Made by a program: the position numbers and the translations under genes. The notes under the pieces are model-generated. The model worked only from the letters and a program-made list of their open reading frames with translations. It had not been told where the DNA came from and made no database searches. From contig CARATB010000002.1 in assembly GCA_948941465.1 (NCBI GenBank), positions 10,921 through 74,920 of the forward strand: a DNA stretch of 64,000 bases, read 5' to 3'. Below are positions 9,554-19,840 of the stretch, one piece after another; positions within the stretch are counted from its first letter, which is position 1; each line of letters opens with the position of its first letter. Source of the stretch: an uncultured Eubacteriales bacterium. Its GTDB lineage: Bacteria; Bacillota; Clostridia; Oscillospirales; Acutalibacteraceae.

Positions 9554-11570
9554 AATCTATAAAGCCGATTGACTGCAGATATTTATATGTCTGATTATCC
9601 TCCGGAACAATATAGATGGAATCACTCGCTATACATTCGTGATATTTCTCGCTGTTCGCACTTAATCTGTCAAGCTCTTCTATGCTTAAGGACTTATAAT
9701 ATTCACGGTCCTTATCCTCGACAGACGAATAAAAGTATGTTAAATAAACCCAGTGTTCGCCTGTCGGTTCACCATTAACATCTTTTGTATCAACAGGGAC
9801 ATCTATGGAAACATCATCGTATCTATCATTATATATATCCGCATAGTAGCCTGTGTACATACTAAGATAATCAAGAAATTCTGCTTTGTCCGTATTATTT
9901 AATAAGTCCTCTTTATACGCACGCAACAAGCTCTCAAGCTCCTGTGATGTCAATGTTTTTGTATCTCTTTTTAAACTGCTGCTGTCTTCATAAGCCTCAT
10001 TGTTATAAACTGCATAAAGCAAATCATCATAATCAATTGCGGTAATACCGATCTGGCTTAAAGCCTCATCTGTTTTCATAAGAGAAACCATTTCATCCGA
10101 AATCATTTTAGCAGGAACGGCATACCTTCTTGTAACAATTCTTTTGTTCTTTAAATGATATACAATTCTGCATTCATAGCTGTTTTCATACTCATAGTTA
10201 TAATCCATCATATCACCCCATGTATCGGAGTTAATTGCCTTACCCTTTTTGATGGTTTCATCGTCAACTATTTTTTTATGAAGCTTTACTGCATTTTCAA
10301 TACCATCTGCAGTAGTAAATTTATATGGGCCTGATGTTTCAAAATCATAAGCCGACAGTGCATTGCTATAGTATGAAAAGCTATTATAATTCATAAGCGC
10401 CATATTGCCGTCAATTAATTCAGCACTTTCAATTTCATCAATTTCCGGAACATATTTAACATAACTTGAATAACCGGGCAGAGTGACAATTCCAACAAAC
10501 AAAATGCATACTGCACTGCTCACCGTAAAGGTTAATACTGTATTTTTAACAAACACCTTTTTATAGAAAACCCCGCTGAAAATCATAGTTCCTATAACAG
10601 CAAACACAATCGCTGACGGTATTGCTATATAATAAGTCATTTCAGCCGCAAACTGAGAAAACTCAGCCGCTATAACAAGAGCAAGGAATATAAGCGGTAT
10701 AACCTTGCCTGATGGCGAAAATTCTGCGCTTTCCGCCTTTCTGTTTTTGAATGTTCCATATCCTATTATATAGAGTGCAACAGTTTCAACAGCCTCAATC
10801 AAAATAATCAGCAAATATTTATCTACTGACAATGCATATTCAATATTGCTTTCCCAAAGCATAAGAATATTCTGCACAGGATGAATAATTGAAGCAACAA
10901 ACGAATTTACATCTGCACCCCATATTTTATTGATTATATCAATTGCACCCGTGGTAATATACATTGGTGCAAGCAGTGCAATTATCGCAAAGAAGAAATA
11001 CTGAATTTTTTTGCCGGCAAGCACCGCACAAAAAACAAACAGTGTATAAACACACAGCATATCAAACAAAAATGCAATTGAAATTTTCAGAAATGCCCAA
11101 AAATCTATTGTATATGTTACCAGCTTTGTAGATGCCGACAGAAGTATCACAATATAAATAACTGCTGCAACAAGCATTACAGTAATATTTACCGCTGCAC
11201 CATACAAATATTTTGCAGCAAAATATTCACTGCGTTTTATCGGTAAAGCAAAGAAGGTGTCACAGGCTCTTTTGCTGTAAATTTCCTTAAACATCTGCAT
11301 TGCCAGAAAAAAGCTGAAAATAATACAGATAACACAAAAATAGTTAACAAGTAATATACTGTCATTAGTAATATCATATTTATTATTAATTGCATCCCTG
11401 ACATTGCTGACAATTATACTTGCAGCACTGAAAACGGATGCAAACACTGCAAGAAAAATCAAAACAATTGTTCCGGGCAACTGCTGTTTAAAGGTTTTTG
11501 CAAATGCAGCTTTGAAGCCACCCTTATAATTTAAGGTTGTTGATATCATAACCTGCCACCTCCATTTCAC
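9552..11570 (-). CDS. ABC-2-type transporter permease-like polytopic membrane protein with a large C-terminal extracytoplasmic domain
   Basis: 672 aa with many hydrophobic helices. Overlaps the upstream ATPase gene, consistent with an operon. Confidence 0.55.
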   Translation of the reverse strand: MKWRWQVMISTTLNYKGGFKAAFAKTFKQQLPGTIVLIFLAVFASVFSAASIIVSNVRDAINNKYDITNDSILLVNYFCVICIIFSFFLAMQMFKEIYSKRACDTFFALPIKRSEYFAAKYLYGAAVNITVMLVAAVIYIVILLSASTKLVTYTIDFWAFLKISIAFLFDMLCVYTLFVFCAVLAGKKIQYFFFAIIALLAPMYITTGAIDIINKIWGADVNSFVASIIHPVQNILMLWESNIEYALSVDKYLLIILIEAVETVALYIIGYGTFKNRKAESAEFSPSGKVIPLIFLALVIAAEFSQFAAEMTYYIAIPSAIVFAVIGTMIFSGVFYKKVFVKNTVLTFTVSSAVCILFVGIVTLPGYSSYVKYVPEIDEIESAELIDGNMALMNYNSFSYYSNALSAYDFETSGPYKFTTADGIENAVKLHKKIVDDETIKKGKAINSDTWGDMMDYNYEYENSYECRIVYHLKNKRIVTRRYAVPAKMISDEMVSLMKTDEALSQIGITAIDYDDLLYAVYNNEAYEDSSSLKRDTKTLTSQELESLLRAYKEDLLNNTDKAEFLDYLSMYTGYYADIYNDRYDDVSIDVPVDTKDVNGEPTGEHWVYLTYFYSSVEDKDREYYKSLSIEELDRLSANSEKYHECIASDSIYIVPEDNQTYKYLQSIGFID

Positions 11571-12423
11571 TGATAAACAATTCCTCTAAGGTAAGAGGAA
11601 GACTTTCAACATAAACAGGATTTTTGCTGTTTAAGATTTCGTCAATACTATTCTTATCACCTTTAACTGTAATTTCAATCATTTTACCCTGATGTGATTC
11701 CTTTGTAACACTAAGCTGCGGCTTAATATCAAGATAATCATTTTCTTCCATAACAAACTGATATCTGTATAGACTCATCTGTTCACCGTCAATGTCACTT
11801 TCAAACAAAACGCCGCCAAGGTGAAGCAGACCGATATGGTCACAAAATCCCTCAAGCTCTCTTAAATTATGACTGGCAATAACTACTGTTGCACCTGTTT
11901 TATCAACATAATCAATAAGTATCTTTTTAACAAGCTCACGGATAACAGGGTCAAGTCCGTCAAAAATTTCATCAAAAAAGATATATTTGGGATTATAGGA
12001 TAATGCAAGAATAATAGCTGACTGACGCTGCATTCCTTTACTCATTGATGCAATCTTCTGCACAGAATTTATCGGAAAAATCTTTTTCAGCTCATTATAT
12101 CTGTTATTATCCCAGCTTGGATAAATCGAACTGTAATACTTTGCTGTGGAATCAAGCGTTGCTCCCGGATAAAAATACGAAAAATCCGACACAAATGCAC
12201 ACCGGCTTTTAATAATAATATTTTCAAAGGGTGCACTGCCTTCAATGAACACCTCACCACCGTCGGGTTTAAAAACACCTGCAAGTATTCTGAGAAGTGT
12301 TGACTTGCCTGCTCCGTTTGAGCCTACAAGACCGAAAACCGAACCCTCACTGATAGAAAAGGAAATATTATCAAGTGCCTTTTTGTCACCGAAAAGCTTA
12401 ACAATATTTTTTATCTCAATCAT
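11524..12423 (-). CDS. ABC transporter ATP-binding protein
   Basis: Contains Walker A GSNGAGKST, the signature MSKGMQRQ and Walker B IFFDEIFDGLD. The ATG at 12423 overlaps the gntR stop (ATGATTGA). Confidence 0.85.
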   Translation of the reverse strand: MIEIKNIVKLFGDKKALDNISFSISEGSVFGLVGSNGAGKSTLLRILAGVFKPDGGEVFIEGSAPFENIIIKSRCAFVSDFSYFYPGATLDSTAKYYSSIYPSWDNNRYNELKKIFPINSVQKIASMSKGMQRQSAIILALSYNPKYIFFDEIFDGLDPVIRELVKKILIDYVDKTGATVVIASHNLRELEGFCDHIGLLHLGGVLFESDIDGEQMSLYRYQFVMEENDYLDIKPQLSVTKESHQGKMIEITVKGDKNSIDEILNSKNPVYVESLPLTLEELFISEMEVAGYDINNLKL

Positions 12424-12784
12424 TACTTTCCCCTCCCAACAAATCATGAATCATTTCAATTACTTCTTCCTTTTTCAGACCATAGCCTTTTGCTTCCAGC
12501 AGCACTGCTTTAAGCTGTTCTTTGGTAATCCTTTTTATTTGGTCGGTATTATTGGCACTGACATAAACACCCTTGCCGACAACAGTATAAATAACCTGCT
12601 GCTGTTCCAACTCCTTATAAGCCTTGGCAACCGTATTCGGATTAACGCCAATCTCGCACGCCATTGACCTGACCGATGGCAAAGGCGTATTTATATCATA
12701 AACCCCAAGATTGATAAGCTTAATTATCTGCTTTTCAAGCTGAAGGTAAATCGGCTCTCTGCTGCGTGTATCAATATTAATCAT
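12416..12784 (-). CDS. GntR-family (YtrA-subfamily) transcriptional regulator
   Basis: 122 aa. PIYLQLEKQIIKLINLGVY..LPSVRSMACEIGVNPNTVAKAYKELE is a GntR winged HTH. The short C-terminus is typical of YtrA-type regulators that pair with ABC pumps. Confidence 0.85.
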   Translation of the reverse strand: MINIDTRSREPIYLQLEKQIIKLINLGVYDINTPLPSVRSMACEIGVNPNTVAKAYKELEQQQVIYTVVGKGVYVSANNTDQIKRITKEQLKAVLLEAKGYGLKKEEVIEMIHDLLGGESND

Positions 12785-12920
12785 TGCTGATATACCAAAT
12801 CCTTTCTCAGTTGTATCAACTGTATTATTACACTTAGTACACTTTCTTTATATCATATTATTTCTTCCATGTCAATAGACTTTATAAATTGTTTATGTTA
12901 TACTCTATTCGGGTGATGAT

Positions 12921-15296
12921 ATGAATATTAAAAACAAAATAAACAGTGCTGTTCAGAAGCTGATTGACAAATTAAGCGGCAGCGGTGTTATGCAGGACGA
13001 GAACACCGTAAACGGAAAAAAATTCGTGTTCCCTGATATGCCTGAGGCTGCACTGAAGGCTGCCGAGGAAGGAACTGTTCTGTTAAAAAACAATGGTGCT
13101 TTACCCCTTAAAAAAGACGAAAGCATTGCGGTATTCGGCAGATGCCAGATAGATTATTTTTATGTGGGCTACGGCAGCGGCGGAGATGTTAATCAGCCAT
13201 ATGAGGTTAACCTGATTGACGGACTGAAGAACAATGGAGTAAAGCTGAATGAAAAGCTGCTGGGAGTATATAGCAACTGGTGCAAAAACAATCCGGTAAA
13301 CCACGGCTTCTGGGGGCACTGGCCGATGAACTATCCTGAAATGGAGCTTACCGACAGCCTTGTAAAAGATGCTGCAAAGGAAAGCAATACTGCAATCATT
13401 ATACTTGGCAGAGCTGCAGGAGAGGACAGAGAAAACAAGCTTGAAAAAGGCAGCTATTACCTTACTGACACTGAGATGAAAATGCTTGATCTTGTAACCT
13501 GTGCATTTAAAAAGATTGTTGTTGTTATGAACTGCGGTAATATCATTGATATGGAGTGGGTAAAAAAATACGGTGATAAAATAAACGCTATCGTTTACGC
13601 ATGGCAATGCGGTATGGAAAGCGGAAATGCCCTTGCAAATATACTGACAGGCAAAACAAACCCAAGCGGTAAGCTGACAGATACGATTGCCGTAAGCTAT
13701 AAGGACTACCCCAGCTCAAAGGATTTCGGAAATGCTGATTTCAACAACTACACTGAGGACATATTTGTTGGTTACAGATATTTTGAAACCTTTGACAAAT
13801 CAAAAGTGCTGTTCCCCTTCGGTTTCGGGCTAAGCTACACAGATTTTGAAATAACACCCGACAGATTTATATATGATGATAAAATAAAAATAACTATCAC
13901 TGTTAAAAACAGCGGTAATACAGCAGGTAAAGAGGTATTGCAGGTTTATGTATGCTGTCCTGACGGCAGGCTGAAAAAAGCTGAAAAAAGTCTTATTGCC
14001 TTTGCAAAAACCAGATGCCTTGCACCCAATGAATGTGAAAGCATTAATTTTGAAATCAAGCCTTATGACTTTGCATCATATGATGAGGACATCAGCTCAT
14101 ACATAACGGAAAAGGGTGAATATGCATTCTATATCGGGAACAATGTTAACACCGATTTATTGGCAGGCACTGTAGATTTAGATGAGCAGGTGCTTGAAAG
14201 GCTTCTTCCTGTATGTCCTGTACAAAATCCCTTTAAAATCATCACAGGTGAAACACTGAAAAATGGTAAGGCGGTTCTAAAAGAAAGGATTATTGAAAAT
14301 CTCCCCGCTGAAATCGGATTCAAGGGTGATCAGGGCTTTAAACTGTCTGATGTAAAAAACGGAAAAATTACTCTTGATGAATTTATTTCTCAGCTTACAA
14401 ACAAGGAGCTGGAGGCACTGACAAGAGGTCAGGGCAAAATGGACAGTGAGCTTGGTGTAATCGGCAATGCAGGTGCATTCTGCGGAATTATTCCTTCACT
14501 GCGTGACAAGGGTGTGCCACCTATCATTACAACTGACGGACCTGCAGGTGTGAGAATAAGAAAATACACCTCCCTTATCCCATGCGGCACTGCTCTTGCC
14601 TGCAGTTGGAACACCGCACTTGTGGAAAAACTGGCAGCCGTTATGGGTAATGAATTAAAATTCCACAAAAGTGATGTTCTTTTGGCACCCGGTATGAACA
14701 TTCACAGAAATGTACTCTGCGGCAGAAATTTTGAATATTTCAGCGAAGATCCCGTTGTTTCGGGAAAAATGGCTGCTGCCTTTGTCAGAGGTATTCAATC
14801 AGCAGGCGTATCTGCCTGCCCAAAGCATTTTGCCTGTAACAATCAGGAATTCAGGAGGACAAAAAACGACTCACGTCTTTCAGAAAGAGCCTTGAGAGAA
14901 ATATATCTGAAGGGCTTTGAAATCTGCGTTAAAGAATCAAATCCACTTAATATTATGACAAGCTACAACAAAATCAACGGCGTATGGAGTCATTACAACT
15001 ATGACCTTGTCACTACTGTGCTTCGCGGTGAGTGGGGCTACACAGGAAATGTTATGACTGACTGGTGGATGCAGAAATCACCATCACCTGAATTCCCCGA
15101 AATAAAGGATAATGCTTATCGTGTGAGAGCACAGGTAGATGTACTTATGCCCGGCGGTTTCAGACACATTGAAAAGAAATATAAATCAGACGGCTCACTG
15201 CTGAAAACACTCGGCAGACAAAACGGTATTACTCGAGGCGAGCTTGAACGCACTGCCAAAAATGTATTGGAGCTTGCCTTAAAAATTAAAATGTAA
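12921..15296 (+). CDS. glycoside hydrolase family 3 (beta-glucosidase-like) with reversed domain order
   Basis: The alpha/beta sandwich and Fn3-like part (NPSGKLTDT, FPFGFGLSYT) comes first. The TIM-barrel part (GRNFEYFSEDP, KHFACNNQE, SYNKINGVW, VMTDWW) comes last. Confidence 0.85.
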   Translation: MNIKNKINSAVQKLIDKLSGSGVMQDENTVNGKKFVFPDMPEAALKAAEEGTVLLKNNGALPLKKDESIAVFGRCQIDYFYVGYGSGGDVNQPYEVNLIDGLKNNGVKLNEKLLGVYSNWCKNNPVNHGFWGHWPMNYPEMELTDSLVKDAAKESNTAIIILGRAAGEDRENKLEKGSYYLTDTEMKMLDLVTCAFKKIVVVMNCGNIIDMEWVKKYGDKINAIVYAWQCGMESGNALANILTGKTNPSGKLTDTIAVSYKDYPSSKDFGNADFNNYTEDIFVGYRYFETFDKSKVLFPFGFGLSYTDFEITPDRFIYDDKIKITITVKNSGNTAGKEVLQVYVCCPDGRLKKAEKSLIAFAKTRCLAPNECESINFEIKPYDFASYDEDISSYITEKGEYAFYIGNNVNTDLLAGTVDLDEQVLERLLPVCPVQNPFKIITGETLKNGKAVLKERIIENLPAEIGFKGDQGFKLSDVKNGKITLDEFISQLTNKELEALTRGQGKMDSELGVIGNAGAFCGIIPSLRDKGVPPIITTDGPAGVRIRKYTSLIPCGTALACSWNTALVEKLAAVMGNELKFHKSDVLLAPGMNIHRNVLCGRNFEYFSEDPVVSGKMAAAFVRGIQSAGVSACPKHFACNNQEFRRTKNDSRLSERALREIYLKGFEICVKESNPLNIMTSYNKINGVWSHYNYDLVTTVLRGEWGYTGNVMTDWWMQKSPSPEFPEIKDNAYRVRAQVDVLMPGGFRHIEKKYKSDGSLLKTLGRQNGITRGELERTAKNVLELALKIKM

Positions 15297-15365
15297 CTCA
15301 TATTATTTATTATATTTCACGGACGGATAATATCCGCCACTATGGATTAAAGCGTATATAATCAT

Positions 15366-15401
15366 AAAAAATGCTTGTGGGATAAATCCACAAGCATTTT
15401 T
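15366..15401. terminator. bidirectional intrinsic terminator
   Basis: Hairpin AATGCTTGTGG-GATAAAT-CCACAAGCATT flanked by an A-run and a T-run, between convergent genes. Confidence 0.7.
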
Positions 15402-15414
15402 CTTTGTATTAAAT

Positions 15415-15924
15415 TTAATAAAATGCTGCTGATGTTGCCGCAAAACCAAACGCAAACACAGCAATAAACATAAACACAATAAGTACTACCCAAAGAACAA
15501 CAGGAATTACAATACCTAACACATTGAGCTTTTTGCATCTTGCCTTTTCCTGAGCAAGCGGAGTGTATGGAGCAAAATCAGGAACCTCGTTCACCTTGCT
15601 TATACCAATTGCACCACAGATAATACCTACAATAGGTGAAAAGATTATACCTAAAATAATAGACAAAATACCAAGCGTGTTCGCTGTTGACAGCTTATCC
15701 TTATAGCCTTGTTCTATCATCTGCTCCTGCTTCACCTGATTGTCATATTGATAGTAGCTTTGAGATGAGCTTGGCTGTGGATTATAATATGAACCCTCGC
15801 TCTGCTGATAATAATTATCATTATAATTTGTTTGATTTGTTTGTTCTTTCACAACAGTCTCACCGCAATTTACGCACTGAACACTATCCTCTTCCATATA
15901 AGTTCCGCATTTAGGACAATACAT
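15415..15924 (-). CDS. zinc-ribbon domain membrane protein (DUF4190-like)
   Basis: MYCPKCGTYM..CVNCGE zinc ribbon, a Q/Y/N-rich linker, then two hydrophobic helices. Confidence 0.6.
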   Translation of the reverse strand: MYCPKCGTYMEEDSVQCVNCGETVVKEQTNQTNYNDNYYQQSEGSYYNPQPSSSQSYYQYDNQVKQEQMIEQGYKDKLSTANTLGILSIILGIIFSPIVGIICGAIGISKVNEVPDFAPYTPLAQEKARCKKLNVLGIVIPVVLWVVLIVFMFIAVFAFGFAATSAAFY

Positions 15925-16089
15925 AGTATCCCCTCCTTTTCTTTTTTATATTATACTATATTATATTCGGATATTCAATATAAACTATAGCTGAAAATAA
16001 CTATAAAATCAAAAAAATAAATATTTTTTACTGTTTTTGTTCCAAAAAATAGCTGTTTTTGGCTATATTATCCTCCCTGCACACTGTTA

Positions 16090-16491
16090 GTGCAGGGATT
16101 TTTTTCTGCACAGAAAGCTGCAAGGCTTTCAAAATATCGGTTAGGAGATGATTATACGGCAAGAAAAAAGAAAATCACCCAGAAAGAGGTCAGTGAAGGC
16201 TTAAGACGTTTAGCCTTTGGTGAAATCCGGGATGCGGTATCACTGCTTTTTGAGAGCGAGGATGACATCATTGAAAAGCTGCCAAAACTTGATTTATTCA
16301 ACATAAGCGAAATCAAAAGAGTAAAGGGCGGAGGTATGGAAATCAAATTTTTCGACAGGCTCAAAGCTCTTGACAAGCTTGGTCAGGTTATCAGCACAAC
16401 TGACAAATCTCAGGCAAAGTCATTTTATGAGGCATTGGAAAACAGCACCGGCAAAGCTGAAAACGCATATGAGGGAAACAGCTATGAATAA
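16090..16491 (+). CDS. terminase small subunit, N-terminally truncated (Terminase_2-like C-terminal part)
   Basis: LRRLAFGEIRDAV...ISEIKRVKGGGMEIKFFDRLKALDKLGQ matches the conserved C-terminal half. The HTH N-terminal half is absent, and the in-frame upstream sequence is unrelated and closed by a stop at 16018. Confidence 0.55.
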   Translation: MQGFFSAQKAARLSKYRLGDDYTARKKKITQKEVSEGLRRLAFGEIRDAVSLLFESEDDIIEKLPKLDLFNISEIKRVKGGGMEIKFFDRLKALDKLGQVISTTDKSQAKSFYEALENSTGKAENAYEGNSYE

Positions 16492-17743
16492 ATTTGTTCC
16501 ATTTTCTCCCAAGCAGCTTGCAGTGCTCAACTGGTGGTGCAAAAGCAGCAAAATGAAAAATAAAAACGGAATCATATGCGACGGTGCAGTGCGAAGCGGA
16601 AAAACTCTTTGTATGAGTCTTTCATTCATATGCTGGGCATTTTACAGCTTCACGGACACCTCATTTGCCCTTTGCGGAAAAACAATTGCCTCACTAAGAA
16701 GAAATGTTGTAACGCCGCTTTTGCCGGTACTTACAGAGCTGGGCTTTATCTGTAATTACAAAATCAGCAGGAACTATCTTGAAATAACAAGACAGAATGT
16801 TACAAACAGATTTTATTTATTCGGCGGCAGGGATGAATCATCTGCATCACTTATTCAGGGTATGACCCTTGGGGGAATAATGCTTGATGAGGCTGCACTT
16901 ATGCCGCGTTCCTTTGTGGAGCAGGCACTGGCAAGGTGCTCACTTGAAAATGCAAAATACTTTTTCAACTGCAATCCTGAACACCCATACCACTGGTTCT
17001 ATATGGAATGGATAAAAAAATGTGATGAAAAAAATATGCTCTATCTTCATTTCACCATGGAGGACAACCCTTCACTTTCCAAAGCTGTCATCAACCGATA
17101 CAAAAATCTTTACTCAGGTGCCTTTTACGAACGCTTTGTAGAGGGCAAATGGGTAACAGCCGATGGTCTTGTTTACCCTATGTTCAGCTTTAACCGTCAC
17201 GTTAAAAGATGTGATGACAAATTCAGTGAATACTATCTATCCTGTGACTATGGAACTGTCAATCCCTTTTCTTTGGGATTATGGGGCAGGAGCAGTGACG
17301 GATGGTACAGAATTGATGAATACTATCACTCCAGCCGTGACATGGGAGTTCAGCTTACAGACGAGGAATATTATACTCAGCTTGAAAAGCTGGCAGACGG
17401 TAAAAGGATTACGGCACTTATTATTGACCCTTCGGCGGCATCATTTATTCAGACTGTCAGACGGCACGGAAAATTCACAGTAATCAAGGCAGAAAATGAT
17501 GTACTGACAGGTATTAACAGGGTTTGTCAGGCTCTGAAAAATGATGAAATATTCTTTTATCCGAATTGCGGTGACACACTGAGAGAATTTTCAATTTACC
17601 GCTGGGACAGCAGCATAAAAAGAGATGCCCCGAAAAAAGAAAATGACCATGCAATGGACGACATTCGATACTTTGTTTCAACTGTACTGAAAACGGAACA
17701 AAAAAGCGAAAGCCTTGTAACCATTGCGGTAGAAAGGAATTAG
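16484..17743 (+). CDS. terminase large subunit (PBSX family)
   Basis: Contains Walker A DGAVRSGKT, Walker B MLDEAAL and the C-terminal nuclease motif DHAMDDIRY. The ATG at 16484 overlaps the terS stop (ATGAATAA). Confidence 0.9.
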   Translation: MNKFVPFSPKQLAVLNWWCKSSKMKNKNGIICDGAVRSGKTLCMSLSFICWAFYSFTDTSFALCGKTIASLRRNVVTPLLPVLTELGFICNYKISRNYLEITRQNVTNRFYLFGGRDESSASLIQGMTLGGIMLDEAALMPRSFVEQALARCSLENAKYFFNCNPEHPYHWFYMEWIKKCDEKNMLYLHFTMEDNPSLSKAVINRYKNLYSGAFYERFVEGKWVTADGLVYPMFSFNRHVKRCDDKFSEYYLSCDYGTVNPFSLGLWGRSSDGWYRIDEYYHSSRDMGVQLTDEEYYTQLEKLADGKRITALIIDPSAASFIQTVRRHGKFTVIKAENDVLTGINRVCQALKNDEIFFYPNCGDTLREFSIYRWDSSIKRDAPKKENDHAMDDIRYFVSTVLKTEQKSESLVTIAVERN

Positions 17744-17746
17744 GCT

Positions 17747-18868
17747 TTGGGCGTATTCAATTTAAAGAAAAAGAAAGAGAGCGCACTGTCAGCAGGAGCA
17801 GTCCAAACATCAGCAATGTCAAAGCACCCGTATTATAATCTTGGCACTTATATGCCTATGAACAGTATGTCAAGAGTGTATCAGGAATTAAGGCAAGCCG
17901 TACCGATAATTGATTCAGCTATTCATAAAATCATAAGACTGACAGGCGGTTTTCATTTTGAAACGGGAAATGACACACTTGATTTACAGATTAACAGCTA
18001 TTTTGACAGCATAAACGTAGGCGGAAACCAACAGGGGCTGTCGGCATTCATTTCAAATTACTTAAACCAGCTTTTAACCTTCGGCACTGCCATTGGTGAG
18101 ATTGTACTGAATGACAGCGGTATTTATGCCCTTTACAACAGTGAGCTTGAAAGCATTGAGCTGAAAAGAAGCAACAATGGTATTGACATTGATTTCTATA
18201 ACAACAGAGATAAAATTGTCAATCCGCAGCTTATTTTATATTCAGTTCTTAACCCTAAACCAAGAGATTTATGCGGAACGAGCCTGCTTGAAGGTTTACC
18301 ATTTATCAGCGATATACTGATGAAGATTTACAACACCATAGGTCAGAACTGGGAACATGCAGGCAACATAAGATATGCTGTTGTGTGCAGACCGGGAAGC
18401 AATGATACCGACAACACAGATGCCCAGGCAAAAGCGACAGCAATTGCCGATGCCTGGCAGGAAGCTATGAACGCACAAAAAGTAAAGGATTTTGTAGCTG
18501 TTGGTGATGTGAGCATAGAGGTAATCGGTGCAGACAACAAAATACTGAACAGTGAAATACCTGTAAGACAGCTTCTTGAACAGATTGTTGCAAAAACAGG
18601 ACTGCCGCCGTTTATGCTTGGACTTAGCTGGTCGTCAACAGAAAGAATGAGCACACAACAGGCGGATATTCTTACAACCGAGCTTGAGACATACCGCAGA
18701 ATACTCACACCGATTATCAAAAAAATAGGAAATATTTACCTTGCAGTTAACGGAATCGGCAGTAATCTGAATATCATTTGGGATGACATAACACTGCAGG
18801 ATCAGTGCGAAAGCGCAAGAGCAGAGCTTTATCTTGCGCAGGCTGAAAAAATAAGGAGGGAGGTTTGA
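17747..18868 (+). CDS. phage portal protein
   Basis: Lies immediately after terL. 373 aa with a general portal-like pattern. TTG start with an AAAGGA RBS. Confidence 0.65.
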   Translation: MGVFNLKKKKESALSAGAVQTSAMSKHPYYNLGTYMPMNSMSRVYQELRQAVPIIDSAIHKIIRLTGGFHFETGNDTLDLQINSYFDSINVGGNQQGLSAFISNYLNQLLTFGTAIGEIVLNDSGIYALYNSELESIELKRSNNGIDIDFYNNRDKIVNPQLILYSVLNPKPRDLCGTSLLEGLPFISDILMKIYNTIGQNWEHAGNIRYAVVCRPGSNDTDNTDAQAKATAIADAWQEAMNAQKVKDFVAVGDVSIEVIGADNKILNSEIPVRQLLEQIVAKTGLPPFMLGLSWSSTERMSTQQADILTTELETYRRILTPIIKKIGNIYLAVNGIGSNLNIIWDDITLQDQCESARAELYLAQAEKIRREV

Positions 18869-18869
18869 T

Positions 18870-19826
18870 ATGACACAGGGTTATATTGAAAAAAGTATCG
18901 GCACATCAAATAGTGATTTGGATAAAATCAATCAATTTACAAGAAGTCAATTCGGTTCGGACGAGCTTTACATTTTCAGCGTAATACTCTGCAACAATGA
19001 CATTGACAGAGATTATGAAAGATTTTCACTGAATGCGCTCAACTCACTTAAGGATTTATTTGTTGGCAAAACAGGAATTTTTGACCATTCAATGAAAGCC
19101 GCTAACCAGAAAGCAAGGATTTTTGAAACAGAGCTGGAGGAGGTTTATGACAAAAAGACTGCTGATGGTATGAAATTTTACCAACTGAGGGCAAAAGCAT
19201 ACATGGTGAAAAGTGACGAAAACAAACCACTTATCACCGAGATTGAGGCCGGAATAAAAAAAGAGGTTTCAATCTCCTGCTCTGCAAAATCAAGCACCTG
19301 TTCAATCTGCGGCAAGGACAAAAGACACGGCTTATGTGAGCATATTAACGGAAAAATCTATGACGACAAAACTGCTTTTTCCGTTCTTGATAACATAAGC
19401 GATGCATACGAATTCAGTTTTGTTGCAGTCCCTGCACAGAGAGAAGCAGGAGTGACAAAGCACTTTAATATTGAAGGAGAGAAAACAGACATGACATCAA
19501 TTATGAAAAGTCTTAAAAGCTGTGACAGTGAAATTGTATTGACAAAAGCACAGGCAAACAGTTTGATTTCAGAGCTTGAAGAGCTTAATACGGAAGCCGA
19601 GCTTGGCAGAGAATACAAAAGCTCGCTCACAAAGGAGGTTATCACCCTTTGCACGAAAGCAATGCCGGATATGGATATAAATACCTTCGGCAGTGTTGCA
19701 CAAGTTATGACAACAAAGGAGCTTTTGGCATTCAAAAAGGCATTTAAAAAATCTGCAGACAGCACAGTCTGCCTGCAGCTTAATACAGAAAAATCAAACA
19801 AAAGCGTAAATCAATTTAAAATTTAG
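18870..19826 (+). CDS. prohead protease / scaffold protein (XkdF-like)
   Basis: Lies between the portal and major capsid genes. N-terminal DRDYERFS..GKTGIFDHS region, then a coiled-coil-like C-terminal half typical of a fused scaffold. Confidence 0.5.
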   Translation: MTQGYIEKSIGTSNSDLDKINQFTRSQFGSDELYIFSVILCNNDIDRDYERFSLNALNSLKDLFVGKTGIFDHSMKAANQKARIFETELEEVYDKKTADGMKFYQLRAKAYMVKSDENKPLITEIEAGIKKEVSISCSAKSSTCSICGKDKRHGLCEHINGKIYDDKTAFSVLDNISDAYEFSFVAVPAQREAGVTKHFNIEGEKTDMTSIMKSLKSCDSEIVLTKAQANSLISELEELNTEAELGREYKSSLTKEVITLCTKAMPDMDINTFGSVAQVMTTKELLAFKKAFKKSADSTVCLQLNTEKSNKSVNQFKI

Positions 19827-19840
19827 GAGGATTAACAATT

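Noticed and set aside
12785-12920. YtrA-type operator in the gntR/GH3 divergent region (ACTGTATTATTACACTTAGTACACTT)
   Set aside because: Only partial dyad symmetry and a short direct repeat (ACACTT..ACACTT) are visible. This is not strong enough to call without a motif model.
13101-13607. 168-aa antisense ORF inside the GH3 gene, and similar nested ORFs (3288-3611, 12245-12667, 18343-18720, 19358-19801, 27206-27544, 28078-28452, 39953-40282)
   Set aside because: They lie wholly inside, on the opposite strand or in another frame of, genes with clear family motifs. They have low-complexity or odd composition and no RBS, so they are most likely shadow ORFs.
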